Shown here piece after piece: positions 47,951 to 58,591 of a stretch of 64,000 bases of DNA. The notes below the pieces were generated by a model, which searched no databases, was not told the DNA's origin, and saw only the letters and a list, made by a program, of their open reading frames with translations. The position numbers and the translations under genes were made by a program. The stretch covers positions 29,189 through 93,188 of the forward strand of contig JAGGZE010000079.1 of assembly GCA_021162205.1 (NCBI GenBank), written 5' to 3'. Each line of letters starts with the position of its first letter. The first letter of the stretch is position 1. The stretch comes from a bacterium. GTDB taxonomy: Bacteria; UBP14; UBA6098; B30-G16.

Positions 47951-49226
47951 ATACTTGCTTAAAAATGGGCATTTGGTAGACCCGATACAAAAAATCGATG
48001 AAGTGTGCGATATTTTAATTTCCGACGATTATGTCGATGCGATAAATCCAGAATCTGTTCCAGATGATGCCGAAATAATCGATGTTTCGGGGAAATTTAT
48101 TTTCCCCGGTCTTGTCGATATGCACACTCACGCCCGTGAACCCGGTGAGGAATATAGGGAAGATATCGAAAGTGCATCCTATGCGGCGGCAGCAGGTGGA
48201 TACACGACAATCGTTACGATGGCTAACACGAAACCGCCTATCGACACAGCCGATAGAATAACATTCATCTACGAACGCGCTATGACCGCACATACTCGGG
48301 TATATCCTGTCGGCGCGGTATCTAAAAATCTCACTGGCGAACAACTTTCCGAACTCGCCGATATGGCGCAATCGGGTGCTGTGGCGTTTTCCGACGATGG
48401 TTATCCTATCGCAAATCCAGAACTTATGCGGAATGCACTGACATATTCCGCTCAACTGAATCTTCCAATTCTCGTTCACGAAATCGACCCTGCACTTTCG
48501 GCTAATGGGCAAATAAACGAGGGCAAAGTATCATCGTTGACTGGAATGAAAGGGATACCCGCTGCTGCCGAGACATCTATGGTCGCTCGCGATATAGATT
48601 TGCTTAAACTCACCGGCGGGAAACTTCACATCCAACATATTTCTACATCTGATTCTGTCGAACTTATCCGAAAAGCGAAATCCGATGGTTTGGCGATTAC
48701 TTGCGAGGTTACTCCGCATCATCTTGTGCTGACCGAGGATGATGTTTTGGAATCAGGATTCGATTCGAATTTCAAAATGATGCCGCCGCTTCGCACATCG
48801 GACGATGTAGAGGCATTGAGAAAAGGTTTAGCCGATGGCACAATCGATGCGATTGCGACAGACCATGCTCCGCACGCAGTTCACGAAAAAGATAATCCAT
48901 TCGACATGGCAAATTTTGGTATAATCGGTCTCGAAACCGCACTCTTGCTCGTTTGGACAAAACTCGTATCGACAGGGATAATCGATAAATCGAGAATGGT
49001 CGAACTGATGTCGGTGAATCCTGCGAAAATATTAGACATTCCAGCAGGAACATTGAAATCCGGCGAGTATGCCGATATAACAGTGTTCGACCCCGAGAGC
49101 GAATGGACAGTGAATCCAAACGATTTCAAATCGAAATCTAAAAACACACCGTTCGCGAATTGGAAAACTTTGGGAAAAGTAATTATGACAATAGTTTCAG
49201 GCGATATAGTATTTAAGCTGCGATAG
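47943..49226 (+). CDS. pyrC: Dihydroorotase (multifunctional-type, PyrC)
   Basis: PGLVDMHTHAREPG (HxH), ...DGTIDAIATDHAPH. 427 aa. Overlaps the rseC stop by 8 nt. Confidence 0.8.
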   Translation: MAKYLLKNGHLVDPIQKIDEVCDILISDDYVDAINPESVPDDAEIIDVSGKFIFPGLVDMHTHAREPGEEYREDIESASYAAAAGGYTTIVTMANTKPPIDTADRITFIYERAMTAHTRVYPVGAVSKNLTGEQLSELADMAQSGAVAFSDDGYPIANPELMRNALTYSAQLNLPILVHEIDPALSANGQINEGKVSSLTGMKGIPAAAETSMVARDIDLLKLTGGKLHIQHISTSDSVELIRKAKSDGLAITCEVTPHHLVLTEDDVLESGFDSNFKMMPPLRTSDDVEALRKGLADGTIDAIATDHAPHAVHEKDNPFDMANFGIIGLETALLLVWTKLVSTGIIDKSRMVELMSVNPAKILDIPAGTLKSGEYADITVFDPESEWTVNPNDFKSKSKNTPFANWKTLGKVIMTIVSGDIVFKLR

Positions 49227-49289
49227 CACTTGACCGCGAATTTATTTTTTATATCTTATAAAGTTATATCATTTTAAGGAGGAATTTCT

Positions 49290-50582
49290 ATGCGTTTAAA
49301 ATTTGTCTTACCGATTGTCTTTTCGATGCTTGTTCTGATTGCTATTTTCATTTCCTGCGCACCGCAAACGGAAAAAGTCGAAGCCCCGACTCAGCAGCCC
49401 GCTGTCGATTCAACCGAACTTAAAAAACAGATAAATATGTATCTTTCGCTCGGCTGGGAAAATTACAAGAACAAACAGTATGGCCGTGCAATCGAGCATT
49501 TTAAAAAAGTTCTAAAAATCGACCCGAAAAATGAAAAAGCGTATAAATATCTTAGCGATGCCTGTCTTAGACATCCCGATTCGACATATATCGATACAGC
49601 TTTGACACTTTTCAATCAAGCTATTAAAAAGTTTCCCGATAACTGTTATTTTTATAGTGGACAGGGTTATATTTATCAGAAACTCGCTACCCAATTCGAT
49701 AATAAGGCAGATTCTACAGATGATTCCACCCTAATCGCTCGATATAAATTTCAATCGGATTCTCTCGAAAAACTCTCCCAAAAGGATTTTATAAAAGCTT
49801 GTTCACTCAACAAAAAAGATGCTGCAAGCTCAGGTGCATTGGGAACAATCTACTTGAAAAGAGGAAAGCTCGATTCTGCGATGGTGTGGTTTGAAAAATC
49901 TGTCGCAGCGGATTCAAATCGGGTTTCGATTTGGAAAATTCTTGCAAAACTTTATGTCGCAAGGTCGAATTATTCGAAAGCTGCGACCTCGTATTTTAAT
50001 CTCGCCCGTCTCGTTCCCGATGAACCTGAATATCAACTCAAAGTCGGGCAGTATTATGCAAAATCGGGCAAGTTTGGCGAAGCTGTTAAAATACTTCAGA
50101 AATATATCGATGCTAATCCAGACGATTATCGCGGCTATCAATATATGGGTCTTGCGCTCGCCGCCGATGGCAAATTCAACGATGCTCTTCCACAACTTAA
50201 AAAAGCCGAAAAACTCAATTCAAAAAGCGTTAAGCTAATGTGTGATATAGCATCGACTTACAACGATATGAAGCGATATAGTAATGCTCGAGCATATATT
50301 ACGAAAGCCAAAGCAATCGACAAATCTTATGGATATATTTACATAGTCGAGGGCGATACTTACGAGAAGCAGGCGATGGATGAGGTTCCTAAATCCGGGC
50401 AATTGAATATGGACATCAAGTGTCGATTTGTCAAGGCGACGAGAATATATAAAAAGGCGCTTCGCGACCCAGATTGGAGCGGTTTCGCTCGAAGTAAAAT
50501 CGAATATCTCAAACCATATATCCCCACGAAAGAGGAAATCGCAGCGTATAAATTCATCGAAAATAAACCGTGTGGAGAGTGA
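49290..50582 (+). CDS. TPR-repeat lipoprotein
   Basis: Lipobox FISCAP. Multiple TPR units. AAGGAGG RBS. Confidence 0.55.
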   Translation: MRLKFVLPIVFSMLVLIAIFISCAPQTEKVEAPTQQPAVDSTELKKQINMYLSLGWENYKNKQYGRAIEHFKKVLKIDPKNEKAYKYLSDACLRHPDSTYIDTALTLFNQAIKKFPDNCYFYSGQGYIYQKLATQFDNKADSTDDSTLIARYKFQSDSLEKLSQKDFIKACSLNKKDAASSGALGTIYLKRGKLDSAMVWFEKSVAADSNRVSIWKILAKLYVARSNYSKAATSYFNLARLVPDEPEYQLKVGQYYAKSGKFGEAVKILQKYIDANPDDYRGYQYMGLALAADGKFNDALPQLKKAEKLNSKSVKLMCDIASTYNDMKRYSNARAYITKAKAIDKSYGYIYIVEGDTYEKQAMDEVPKSGQLNMDIKCRFVKATRIYKKALRDPDWSGFARSKIEYLKPYIPTKEEIAAYKFIENKPCGE

Positions 50583-50618
50583 GTTAGCGCATTATTATTT
50601 AATTAAAGGGAAGTAAAT

Positions 50619-51251
50619 ATGGCAAGCAGAATAATAGAACTATTCGACGACAAAGCAACAGTTACAGGGATTCAAGAGAAACTGCCATATTTGTTTCAGA
50701 TTGCGGAAAAAGATAGCTCGAGAGCGGGAAAAGTCGGGATGCAGGTGGGTTCGCTTCGTGAAAGAATAATTGTTGCCTTGCTTATATACAAATTCGGTGA
50801 GGCGAATGTAGAAACTGAAATCCCGATAACCGAACCGGAAGTCGATGTGAAAGTTTATGGTGCGCCAATATCAATCAAGACAAAAACGGGCAAGGGATTT
50901 ACCGGCATAAAAGTATCATGGACAGTGGATGCACAAACCGCAAAAGAATTTCAAAAGCTATATGAACCTGTCTGTGATATATTGTATATCAATATCGTTT
51001 GGGGTGGGATTGGGGGTTTCTATTATATTCCAAAGCGAGTTCAGAAAGCGGTCTTGAAAAAAATGGGGAATAAAAACTATATCAAACTTCCAAAGGCGGG
51101 AACTAATCCGAGAGGTATAGAATTTACACGAGATGCGTTTTCAAGTTTGATTGAACACAAGCTTACAAGGGTTATCGAGATTCAATGGGATAAACGAGAA
51201 ATAAACTATGACCCATACAAGAGATGGCTGGACTATTGGAGGGAAGATTAA
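50619..51251 (+). CDS. Hypothetical protein; candidate Type II restriction endonuclease (context only)
   Basis: 210 aa. The stop overlaps the MTase start (TAATG). CpG-poor foreign composition. Possible PD-(D/E)xK-like element TEPEVDVKV. No family recognised. Confidence 0.4.
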   Translation: MASRIIELFDDKATVTGIQEKLPYLFQIAEKDSSRAGKVGMQVGSLRERIIVALLIYKFGEANVETEIPITEPEVDVKVYGAPISIKTKTGKGFTGIKVSWTVDAQTAKEFQKLYEPVCDILYINIVWGGIGGFYYIPKRVQKAVLKKMGNKNYIKLPKAGTNPRGIEFTRDAFSSLIEHKLTRVIEIQWDKREINYDPYKRWLDYWRED

Positions 51252-52177
51252 TGACACGAAGACGAAGAAAAGATGGCGGGACTAAAACAAGCTCCTTCGG
51301 TTCGCCGGGGAGAATCGGACATGATTCATCGAGTTTCTATGCAAGCCGACTATACGAGGGACAGGCAAAAGCAAAGAAAGTTCAGTATGTCGAAAATAAA
51401 ATACCCGCTGAATTTCTCGACAAGATAATTTGCTCATCCAGCGAGAACATGAAGGAACTTCCCGACAATAGCATTCATATTATGGTTACTTCTCCGCCCT
51501 ACAATGTTGGGAAAGATTACGATGATGATTTGACTCTTTCGGAGTATCTCGCATTCTTGAAAAGTGTTTGGAAAGAAACGCTTAGGGTTCTTGTGCCGGG
51601 TGGTCGTGCCTGCATAAATGTTGCAAATCTCGGCAGAAAACCTTACATCCCGCTTGCCTCATTCATTGTTGATGATATGCTCGATTTGGGTTTTCTCATG
51701 CGTGGCGAATTGATTTGGGATAAAAACACGAGCGCAAGCCCATCTACTGCATGGGGAACTTGGCTTTCTCCAAGAAATGCTATTCTTCGTGATATTCACG
51801 AATATATTCTTGTCTTTTGCAAGGATACATTCACGAGAGAGAATCCCCAAAAGCGAGAGAGCACAATAACAAAAGAAGAATTTTTGGAATATACCAAAAG
51901 TGTCTGGCAATTCTCCGCTGTGCGTGCAAAGAAAATCGGTCATCCTGCGCCGTTTCCAAAAGAACTTCCCTATCGCTGCATTCAATTATATACATTCAAA
52001 GACGAGATTGTTCTCGACCCATTTATCGGAAGCGGACAAGCCGCCATTGCCGCAATAGAATCCGGCAGACATTTTGTCGGCTATGATATAGACGAAGAAT
52101 ATGTTAGACATGCAAATGAAAGAATTTCAGCATCGGCAGGGCAGGAATTATTTCCGCTTTCAAAATCTCGATATTGA
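51251..52177 (+). CDS. DNA methyltransferase, beta-class (N6_N4_Mtase family; SPPY motif suggests N4-cytosine)
   Basis: Motif IV IMVTSPPYNV precedes motif I VLDPFIGSGQAAIAA, with C-terminal GYDIDEEYV. An upstream ATG at 51224 would overlap the preceding gene; 51251 is preferred. Confidence 0.85.
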   Translation: MTRRRRKDGGTKTSSFGSPGRIGHDSSSFYASRLYEGQAKAKKVQYVENKIPAEFLDKIICSSSENMKELPDNSIHIMVTSPPYNVGKDYDDDLTLSEYLAFLKSVWKETLRVLVPGGRACINVANLGRKPYIPLASFIVDDMLDLGFLMRGELIWDKNTSASPSTAWGTWLSPRNAILRDIHEYILVFCKDTFTRENPQKRESTITKEEFLEYTKSVWQFSAVRAKKIGHPAPFPKELPYRCIQLYTFKDEIVLDPFIGSGQAAIAAIESGRHFVGYDIDEEYVRHANERISASAGQELFPLSKSRY

Positions 52178-52211
52178 CATTAGAATAAATTAAATCATAA
52201 TAGGTATCGAT

Positions 52212-52970
52212 ATGAAATATATAAAAATAACGATATTGGTTTCATTAGTTGCGATGAGCGCTTTTTTGTCCGGGTGTTTCGCCAGCAAGGAAGAAAAAAT
52301 GCGGAATAATGCTGTGCCATTTTACAATGAAGCACTGGAATATTTCTTGAATGGCAAACCCGATATGGCTCGCGAGAAAGTTCTTATGGCAATCGACCGA
52401 TACCCGACATTTGTCGAGGCGCATATACTTTACCAGCGAATCCGTGCAGGGAAACTCGAAACGAAAGAACTTCTAAAGGAATATCGCAGGTTGATGAAAG
52501 AAAACTCGAATGAACCGCGATATATTTATCTATATGCCCGTCTTTTAGATGATTTCGATGAGCAGGAGCGGCTTTACAGGAAAGTAATCGACCTCGACAG
52601 CGATTGTTCATGGGGATATTTCGGTCTCGGATGGGTATATTATAAGACGCAGCGCTATCCCGATGCTGCGGAGCATTTCGAGCAAGCTGTGAAACTCGAA
52701 CCGAATAATGCACTATTTCATCTCGACCTCGGAGCGGTATATTATCTAATGCAACATAATCACGATGCCGAAGTCGAACTCAAAAAAGCTGTCGAAATTT
52801 TACCGCGTCTTGTCGAGGGCTGGAGCGATTTGGGAGCGATATATTATCAACGAGCAGAATTCACCAAAGCTGTCGAATCGCTGCGTAAATATCTTAACTT
52901 GTATCCAGCGGCTCCGGATAAAAACAAAATCAAAAAAGTCGTTATGCAATTAAGCGGTGGAAAAATTTAG
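52212..52970 (+). CDS. TPR-repeat lipoprotein
   Basis: Lipobox LSGCFAS. TPR helices. Confidence 0.55.
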   Translation: MKYIKITILVSLVAMSAFLSGCFASKEEKMRNNAVPFYNEALEYFLNGKPDMAREKVLMAIDRYPTFVEAHILYQRIRAGKLETKELLKEYRRLMKENSNEPRYIYLYARLLDDFDEQERLYRKVIDLDSDCSWGYFGLGWVYYKTQRYPDAAEHFEQAVKLEPNNALFHLDLGAVYYLMQHNHDAEVELKKAVEILPRLVEGWSDLGAIYYQRAEFTKAVESLRKYLNLYPAAPDKNKIKKVVMQLSGGKI

Positions 52971-53076
52971 AACTTTAAGTTCTTTTTATCTTTTAGTTCG
53001 GAACAGTTTTTCCGAAAACATTTTAATAGAACTTTATCGAGTTTTAGGCATAGATTAGGATAAAATTGGGGGGGAT

Positions 53077-53982
53077 ATGAATAATTATGAGATAGGAAGG
53101 ATTTATCTCGGTTCGGGTGAATCGAAAATTGCTGAGAAATTTTTGAGGAAAGCAGTGGAAGAAAATTCCAATTCAGCTAACTATTGGGCTGCATTCGGAG
53201 AGTGTTTAGCGGTGTTGGGAAAATATGATAATGCGAAAGATGCACTAAAAAAATCGCTCGCTATCGATTCTAATCAGGTGAAAATTTTATTATTGCTATC
53301 CCAGATATATAAAGAACTCGGTGAAGAGAATAAATCCGTCGAATATTTTATGAAGGCAGAGGAACAAAATGTCGCCATCAATGAAGTGTATTCCATTATC
53401 GGTAGATTTGCTTTGAATATGAATAAGTTGGAGGAAGCCGAGGAATATTTGAAACGAGCTTTATCTCTTAATCCCCAAAATGCCAAGATTTATAATACAC
53501 TCGCACTTCTTGCGCGTAAGAGCGATATTGAACAAGCAATAAAATTAGTGAAAAAGGCATTAAAACTCAAACCCGACTCGGCAAGTTTTTATTTCAATCT
53601 CGGTAATTTTTATAAATTTGAATTAAAAAACTATGATGAAGCGATAAAATATTATGAGAAATCATTAGAGCTAAATTCCAACAGTTTTACAACCTGGAAT
53701 AATATTGGAATAACTTATATGGGAAAAGGAGAATATAAAAAAGCTGAGGAATGTATTTTGAAATCTATCGAGATTGCACCCGTTCATTTTCGAGCATATT
53801 ATAATCTCGCCTGTTTGTTTTCTCTTCAAAACAAATTGGATAAAGCTTTGCAATATCTCGAGAAATCATTCGAACTTGTCCCTGAAAATATCTGTAGAAA
53901 AGTGCCTAATGACCCCGATTTGCATAACCTTTGGGAAGATTATCGTGTCGCACATCTTCTTTCTAAATATTGTGGGGAATAA
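53077..53982 (+). CDS. TPR-repeat protein (cytoplasmic, ~8 TPR units)
   Basis: Repeated W/Y-A-G-Y-A-P pattern TPR units. Confidence 0.55.
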   Translation: MNNYEIGRIYLGSGESKIAEKFLRKAVEENSNSANYWAAFGECLAVLGKYDNAKDALKKSLAIDSNQVKILLLLSQIYKELGEENKSVEYFMKAEEQNVAINEVYSIIGRFALNMNKLEEAEEYLKRALSLNPQNAKIYNTLALLARKSDIEQAIKLVKKALKLKPDSASFYFNLGNFYKFELKNYDEAIKYYEKSLELNSNSFTTWNNIGITYMGKGEYKKAEECILKSIEIAPVHFRAYYNLACLFSLQNKLDKALQYLEKSFELVPENICRKVPNDPDLHNLWEDYRVAHLLSKYCGE

Positions 53983-53989
53983 ATTTAAA

Positions 53990-56900
53990 TTATTTCAGGT
54001 CGAGTTTCAAATCGCTCATCTTAATCGAAACTATACGCGAAACGCCATCCTGTTCCATCGAAACGCCATAAAGGAAATCCGCATGCTCGAGTGTTCGTTT
54101 ATTGTGCGAAATAATTATAAATTGAATGTTTAAACTGAATTTTTGCACGAGTGTCAGAAATCTACCGATATTTGCATCGTCGAGTGGAGCATCGACCTCG
54201 TCCATAAGGCAGAATGGTGATGGTTTCACAAGATATAGCCCGAACAGTAATGCAAGCGATGTCATCGCTTTCTCGCCTGCGGAAAGCTGCGATAGGTGAA
54301 GTGTTTTTTTACCGGCGGGTTTGACTTTAACAAGTATATCCGATGTCAACGGCTCATCGCTATTTTTCATTAGAAGGTCGGCTTCACCGCCCTCGAACAA
54401 TTCCGCAAATATCTCCTTAAATTTGATACGGGCTTGCTCGAATGTCTCCACAAAAAGCCGTGTCGCCTCGGTATCGAGCCGGTCGATAGTCTGTTTCAAA
54501 TCGTCTGTCGATTTAGTGATATCGGTTTTCTGTTTAATAAGAAAATCGAGTCGGTTTTTTACAGCATCGTATTGTTCCTCAGCCTCGAGATTTACACCGC
54601 CAGATTGCTCGAGTCTTCGCTTTGCATTTATCGATTTTGTTTGAAGTCGAATTTCATCTTTCTCGGTGAATTGTTCATTTAGCGAAGGAATCTCACCGAA
54701 TTCTCGTTTTGCATCGGTGCGAATTTGCTCGAGCAATGCTCGATTCCCAGCCAATTTTTCATTAAGTGTAGCAATCGTTTCTTGAATGGAATCCTTTTTC
54801 GCTGAAAGCTCCCTTTCCGATTTGTTTCTATGCGATATTTCTTCGGCGCATTCATCCATTTCGGCTCGAATTTTTTCTCGTTCCCGTTCGATTTTGTCGG
54901 ATTCATCGAAAAGTTTTTGAACGGTTGCTTTAAGCTCGTTCACTTTAGAATTGCTATCATCGATTGTGATTTTCGCATTTTTCACCGCTCGTTCGATTTC
55001 ACCGATTTTCTTTTCGCTATCGGCTATCGTTATGTTAGAACGCTCGATTTCATTTTCCGCAGTGCGAATTTCTCCCTCGATTCCAACTCGTTCTACCTGT
55101 TTCCCTGCAAGTTTGCCATCGAGTTCACGATGATTTTGCTCGAACTGAAATATTTTATCATCTAATTTATCCCGTTCGATAACTATCGAATCGTATAATT
55201 CCTCGATTTGTTCGAGCTCGGTCTGCCATTGTGATATATTGTCATTATTATTCCCGATTTGTTTATCGATAGAATTCAACGATTGCTGTGAACTATCAAA
55301 ACTTTGCTGAAAATTTTCTATCTGAATAGAAATAGCAGTCTGTTCACGCTGAGCACCTGTTAGTTTTGAATTTATTTCGTTCGATAGAGTTTCAAGCTTT
55401 TCTGTTTGCGTTCGAGCATCGGAAAGTTCTCGGTTCGATAATGACATCGCAGATTCATTTTTCTCGATAGTTTTTTCAATTTTCTCGAGTTCGGATTCGA
55501 GCTGCTGTATCTGATTTCTAATTGTAATTGCACCAGCGGGATTTTCACCTTTGATAATACGCAGTTCGCCTTTACGACGAATCGTTTTGCCATCGTTCGA
55601 GACGATGGTAGAATTCGACAATTTACTAAAATCGTCATCGATATCGACATCTGCAATGAGTGCGGAAAGCTTGTCATCGGTGGATGAAAACCAATCGGGG
55701 GTTTGCGAACAGTTATCGAGTTCATCGAGAATTATAAAACCGATATTGCCGACATCGTCTAAAAGTTTATCCAACGCGGTTTTTGCATCGTCGATAGTCC
55801 GAACGACTGCGAAATTTATCTTTTCGCCGAGAATTTGTTCGACAACCGCAGAATATTGCGGTTTCACATCGATTAAATCGGCGACAATCCCGATTATTCC
55901 GAACTTTTCGCTGTTTTCTGCGAGAATATGTGCACCACGACCTATATCCCGACCACTTTTTACGATGCCTTCGAGTTCTTGAAGTCTGCCGAGAATTTGA
56001 GATTTTTTTTGCTTGATTTCGGACAGTTCGTTTTTTTTCGTTTCGAGTGCCGATGAAATTTCTAAATATTTCTGACGGGATATTTGCAATTTTTCACCGA
56101 GTTCGGTGGATTCATCAGAATATTTTGAAATTTGCTTCTCGATATTGTCGAGACTCGATTTCAATTCATTTATTGTGCTATCTTGTTTCTCGATTTGGTT
56201 TTGAAGTTTTTCTTTTTGCTCTCGATATTTTTCTAATTCAGCTTTTGCAAATGCGATTCGGTTCTGAAGACTTATTTTTTTGTTATTTATATTCCCTATT
56301 TTCCCGTCTAATTCTGTTTTTTGTTTCCGCATCGATAACATATTTTTATCGAGTCGACCGATTTCATTTTCCATTTTTTTGATAATCTTTTCGGCTTCGG
56401 TCAACCTTTCACGATTAAGCTGAATTACTTGCCGATTTTTTCCCAATTCGATTTTTGCATTTTCCACATTGGAATCGATTTCCATACGAGCAGATTTGGA
56501 ATTTTCGATAGCTCGATGGGAATTTTTGACTCGTTCCTCTAAAACAGCAATTTCCCGCTCGTTCTGCGATATTTGTGTGGATAACCGCCGATATTCCTGC
56601 TCGATTTGATTGCGTTTGGTCTCGATTTCATTTTGCTGCGCTGAATATTTCTGGATTTCAGCTCGAAATTGGGCAAGTTCCGTCAAAACTTTTTGAATTT
56701 CCAATTCCTTCTGTTCGAGTTCTGCAGAAAATCCTTTACGCTCATTTTCAAGAGTATAAACTTTCCCGGCGATAAGCTGCAATTCGATTTCTTTTACCTG
56801 TTGCTGGATTTTCTTATATCGTCTTGCGCGAAGAACCTGTCTTCTGAGTATCGCTTCCTGTTCGGATATCTCACGCAGAATATCTTCGACACGAATCATA

Positions 56901-57466
56901 TCGTTTTGAGTAGCTTTTAGTTTCAATTGAGTCGCGGCTTTATCGGATTTATATTTGGCGATACCCGCTGCCTGCTCGAACAAAGTGCGTCTATCCTCGG
57001 TCGAGCCATCTATCATTTTGGCAATCATTTCCTTATCGATAACGGCATATCCGACATCTCCAAGTCCGACCGATGTGAGAATCCCGCGGATATCTTTAAG
57101 TCTCATCGGAGCACCATTTATGAAAAATTGACTGTCGCCCTCACGGAATGCACGCCTGACAATTCGGATTTTGTCGGCTTTAATATCGTATGGCAACAAT
57201 CCTTCTGCATCGGCTAACTGAACCGAGACATCGGCAAATTTGAGTGAACGCATTTGAGCGGAACCATCGAAAATGATATCCTCGAGCATAGAACTACGCA
57301 GAAGCGAAAGTCGTTGCTCGCCGATTGCCCAGCGGATAGCATCGAAAATATTACTCTTACCGACACCATTGGGACCCATCACTACGCAAAGACCTGGACC
57401 GAATTTCAGCTCGGTTTTTTTCGCAAACGATTTGAAACCGAATATTTCTACCCGTTCGATGAACAT
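53990..57466 (-). CDS. smc: Chromosome segregation protein SMC
   Basis: Walker A GPNGVGKSNIFDAIRW. Long coiled coils, hinge region and C-terminal signature LSGGEK plus Walker B LDEVDAPLD. 1158 aa. Confidence 0.9.
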   Translation of the reverse strand: MFIERVEIFGFKSFAKKTELKFGPGLCVVMGPNGVGKSNIFDAIRWAIGEQRLSLLRSSMLEDIIFDGSAQMRSLKFADVSVQLADAEGLLPYDIKADKIRIVRRAFREGDSQFFINGAPMRLKDIRGILTSVGLGDVGYAVIDKEMIAKMIDGSTEDRRTLFEQAAGIAKYKSDKAATQLKLKATQNDMIRVEDILREISEQEAILRRQVLRARRYKKIQQQVKEIELQLIAGKVYTLENERKGFSAELEQKELEIQKVLTELAQFRAEIQKYSAQQNEIETKRNQIEQEYRRLSTQISQNEREIAVLEERVKNSHRAIENSKSARMEIDSNVENAKIELGKNRQVIQLNRERLTEAEKIIKKMENEIGRLDKNMLSMRKQKTELDGKIGNINNKKISLQNRIAFAKAELEKYREQKEKLQNQIEKQDSTINELKSSLDNIEKQISKYSDESTELGEKLQISRQKYLEISSALETKKNELSEIKQKKSQILGRLQELEGIVKSGRDIGRGAHILAENSEKFGIIGIVADLIDVKPQYSAVVEQILGEKINFAVVRTIDDAKTALDKLLDDVGNIGFIILDELDNCSQTPDWFSSTDDKLSALIADVDIDDDFSKLSNSTIVSNDGKTIRRKGELRIIKGENPAGAITIRNQIQQLESELEKIEKTIEKNESAMSLSNRELSDARTQTEKLETLSNEINSKLTGAQREQTAISIQIENFQQSFDSSQQSLNSIDKQIGNNNDNISQWQTELEQIEELYDSIVIERDKLDDKIFQFEQNHRELDGKLAGKQVERVGIEGEIRTAENEIERSNITIADSEKKIGEIERAVKNAKITIDDSNSKVNELKATVQKLFDESDKIEREREKIRAEMDECAEEISHRNKSERELSAKKDSIQETIATLNEKLAGNRALLEQIRTDAKREFGEIPSLNEQFTEKDEIRLQTKSINAKRRLEQSGGVNLEAEEQYDAVKNRLDFLIKQKTDITKSTDDLKQTIDRLDTEATRLFVETFEQARIKFKEIFAELFEGGEADLLMKNSDEPLTSDILVKVKPAGKKTLHLSQLSAGEKAMTSLALLFGLYLVKPSPFCLMDEVDAPLDDANIGRFLTLVQKFSLNIQFIIISHNKRTLEHADFLYGVSMEQDGVSRIVSIKMSDLKLDLK

Positions 57467-57497
57467 AAATTATAAATTGAAAGAAAGTTTAATTTAC

Positions 57498-58496
57498 TTA
57501 TTCTGAAATTTCAGCCAAAAGTTTTTCGATTATATCGTCGGTTGAAATACCCTCGGCTTCCGCATTAAACGATGTGATAATTCTGTGCCTGAAAACAGGA
57601 TAAGCGACCGCTTTAACATCGTCGAGCGATGGCGTAAGCCGGCCATATAAAATAGCGCGGGTTTTCGCTCCGAGAATAAGATATTGGCTCGCTCGCGGAC
57701 CCGCTCCCCATCGGACATATTTTCTCACAAAATCGAGTTCTGTGCGTTTCGGACGAGTGTGATTCGATAATCTCACCGCAAATTCGACGAGTCTATCCGA
57801 AACGGGAACTCTTCGCACAAGTTTTTGTAAATCGATAATATCCTCGGCGGTAAGAACTGGCTTAATTTCCTGCTCGCTCGCACCCGTAGTTTGTTTGACA
57901 ACCTCGACCTCCTCATCCTCGCTGGGATAGTCGATATTGACATCGAACATAAACCTATCTAATTGAGCTTCCGGTAATGGATATGTGCCTTCCTGCTCGA
58001 TTGGATTCTGTGTTGCCAGCACAAAAAATGGGTCGGGCAGTTTATATGTCTTATCGCCGGTGGTAACCTCGTGTTCCTGCATCGATTGAAGCAGTGCCGC
58101 CTGTGTTTTCGGCGGTGTTCGATTGATTTCATCCGCTAAAATTATGCTCCCGAAAATAGGACCTTTGACGAACTTAAAATATCTCTCGCCTGTCGTGCGG
58201 TCCTGTTCTAAAACCTCGGTTCCTGTGATATCCGATGGCATCAAGTCGGGCGTGAACTGGATTCGTGAAAATTTCAAATCGAGTGCCTCGGCGAGTGTGG
58301 AAATCATCAATGTTTTAGCGAGTCCTGGGACACCGATTAGAAGCACATGCCCGCCCGAAAGCAGTGCGATTAGAAGTTGCTCGATAACCTGTTCTTGCCC
58401 GACAATTCGTTTGCTTATCTGACCCTTTATTGTCTCGACCGCTTCGCCGAGAAATTCCGCTGCCTGTGCATCGTTTTCGTTCGTGAGTTTCGACAT
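57498..58496 (-). CDS. MoxR-family AAA+ ATPase
   Basis: GHVLLIGVPGLAKT (Walker A), ILADEINR (Walker B). About 330 aa. Confidence 0.85.
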   Translation of the reverse strand: MSKLTNENDAQAAEFLGEAVETIKGQISKRIVGQEQVIEQLLIALLSGGHVLLIGVPGLAKTLMISTLAEALDLKFSRIQFTPDLMPSDITGTEVLEQDRTTGERYFKFVKGPIFGSIILADEINRTPPKTQAALLQSMQEHEVTTGDKTYKLPDPFFVLATQNPIEQEGTYPLPEAQLDRFMFDVNIDYPSEDEEVEVVKQTTGASEQEIKPVLTAEDIIDLQKLVRRVPVSDRLVEFAVRLSNHTRPKRTELDFVRKYVRWGAGPRASQYLILGAKTRAILYGRLTPSLDDVKAVAYPVFRHRIITSFNAEAEGISTDDIIEKLLAEISE

Positions 58497-58591
58497 TTCG
58501 CCTCCCGATAATCTTTAAATTTAAACTCAAACAAAATACTATCGAATCGGAGGGCTGTCAAACTTTTATTGAAGGTGTAAATTATATTTTT

